Origin: a virus
Lineage: Duplodnaviria > Caudoviricetes
DNA length: 33,971 nucleotides
Reading direction: 5' to 3' (one strand)
IMG/VR virus record: IMGVR_UViG_3300030330_004799
Location: 1-33,971 of that record
Shown here: positions 33,503-33,971 of the stretch, piece by piece
Layout: each line of letters opens with the position of its first letter
How positions within the stretch are numbered: position 1 is the first letter of the stretch
The notes under the pieces: model-generated
What the model was told of the DNA's origin: nothing
Databases searched by the model: none
Seen by the model: only the letters and a program-made list of their open reading frames with translations
Made by a program: the position numbers and the translations under genes

Positions 33503-33971
33503 ATGTCAGGAAAACAAAAATGGTCAGATCATCCGGATGCTGTACAGAGAGTCTTACAAGACCGCAAGACCCGGTATGGTTTAGCCAAACACAATGCAAG
33601 AGTTACTGGGGCTGAAACAGGGTTTGTAAAACCTGATGAGTCTGTAACTGTGGCTTTGGGTCAGTGGCGATCTATGACCAAAAAACGACAAAAGAATTTT
33701 GACAAGCTAAAAGCTGATGATGTAGCAAAAGGAAGGCAAGTAGGTGCTGATAATCTTACGCCGAGCCAGCGAAAAGTAGTTCAGCGACGTGCTGGTTATC
33801 GATCTTTAGACGCTGATGTTCCTGCGTACCAATTGCCACCCAAGGGCACCGATCCAAAGGATGTCATCGCTCATGCTCGGCTAGCTTACTGGGAGGGTTC
33901 TCCACTCGGAGACAATCCTAATCCCACCGACGCACAGAAAAGACGATCTCAATCGGCTGAAAGGTTTTTGA
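33503..33971 (+). CDS. 5' part of a hypothetical (probable baseplate-module) protein, truncated by window end
   Basis: ATG 33503 (MSGKQKWSDHPDAVQ...) stays open to the end of the window. Confidence 0.6.
   Translation, partial: MSGKQKWSDHPDAVQRVLQDRKTRYGLAKHNARVTGAETGFVKPDESVTVALGQWRSMTKKRQKNFDKLKADDVAKGRQVGADNLTPSQRKVVQRRAGYRSLDADVPAYQLPPKGTDPKDVIAHARLAYWEGSPLGDNPNPTDAQKRRSQSAERFL

Noticed and set aside
1-33971. Alternative genetic code (stop-codon reassignment), as in some large phages
   Set aside because: Core genes are full length in code 11, and TAA, TAG and TGA all serve as stops at sensible gene boundaries.
1-33971. CRISPR array, tRNA genes, introns or inteins
   Set aside because: I saw no spaced direct repeats or cloverleaf-sized gaps. 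Terminase, portal and capsid are uninterrupted with no evident intein motifs. Not confirmed computationally.

Overview
The window is a ~34 kb, all-plus-strand segment of a large T4-like (myovirus) bacteriophage genome in the standard genetic code. Most of it is the virion morphogenesis cluster: large terminase, gp20-like portal, gp21-like prohead protease, scaffold, gp23-like major capsid, neck and tail-completion proteins, sheath, tube, gp26-like hub chaperone, tape measure and baseplate genes. Interspersed are a single-chain Mre11-Rad50 (SbcD-SbcC) fusion, an HNH endonuclease, a DUF523-like Fe-S protein, a ParB/Srx-fold protein, a tubulin/FtsZ homologue flanked by lysis-like membrane genes, and ribosomal protein bS21. 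Four patterns go beyond the gene calls. (1) A shared N-terminal leader (MKxTKxxLxxIIxxxL..E) sits on at least five otherwise unrelated proteins and may be a capsid-loading tag removed by the prohead protease. (2) A probable +1/-2 programmed frameshift at a T7 run would fuse the gp26-like gene to a start-less gp51-like ORF. (3) A recurrent ACTATTTA motif precedes late genes. (4) [ST]G[ST] motifs cluster in insertions of virion proteins. All calls come from motif recognition and synteny by eye; no searches were run.
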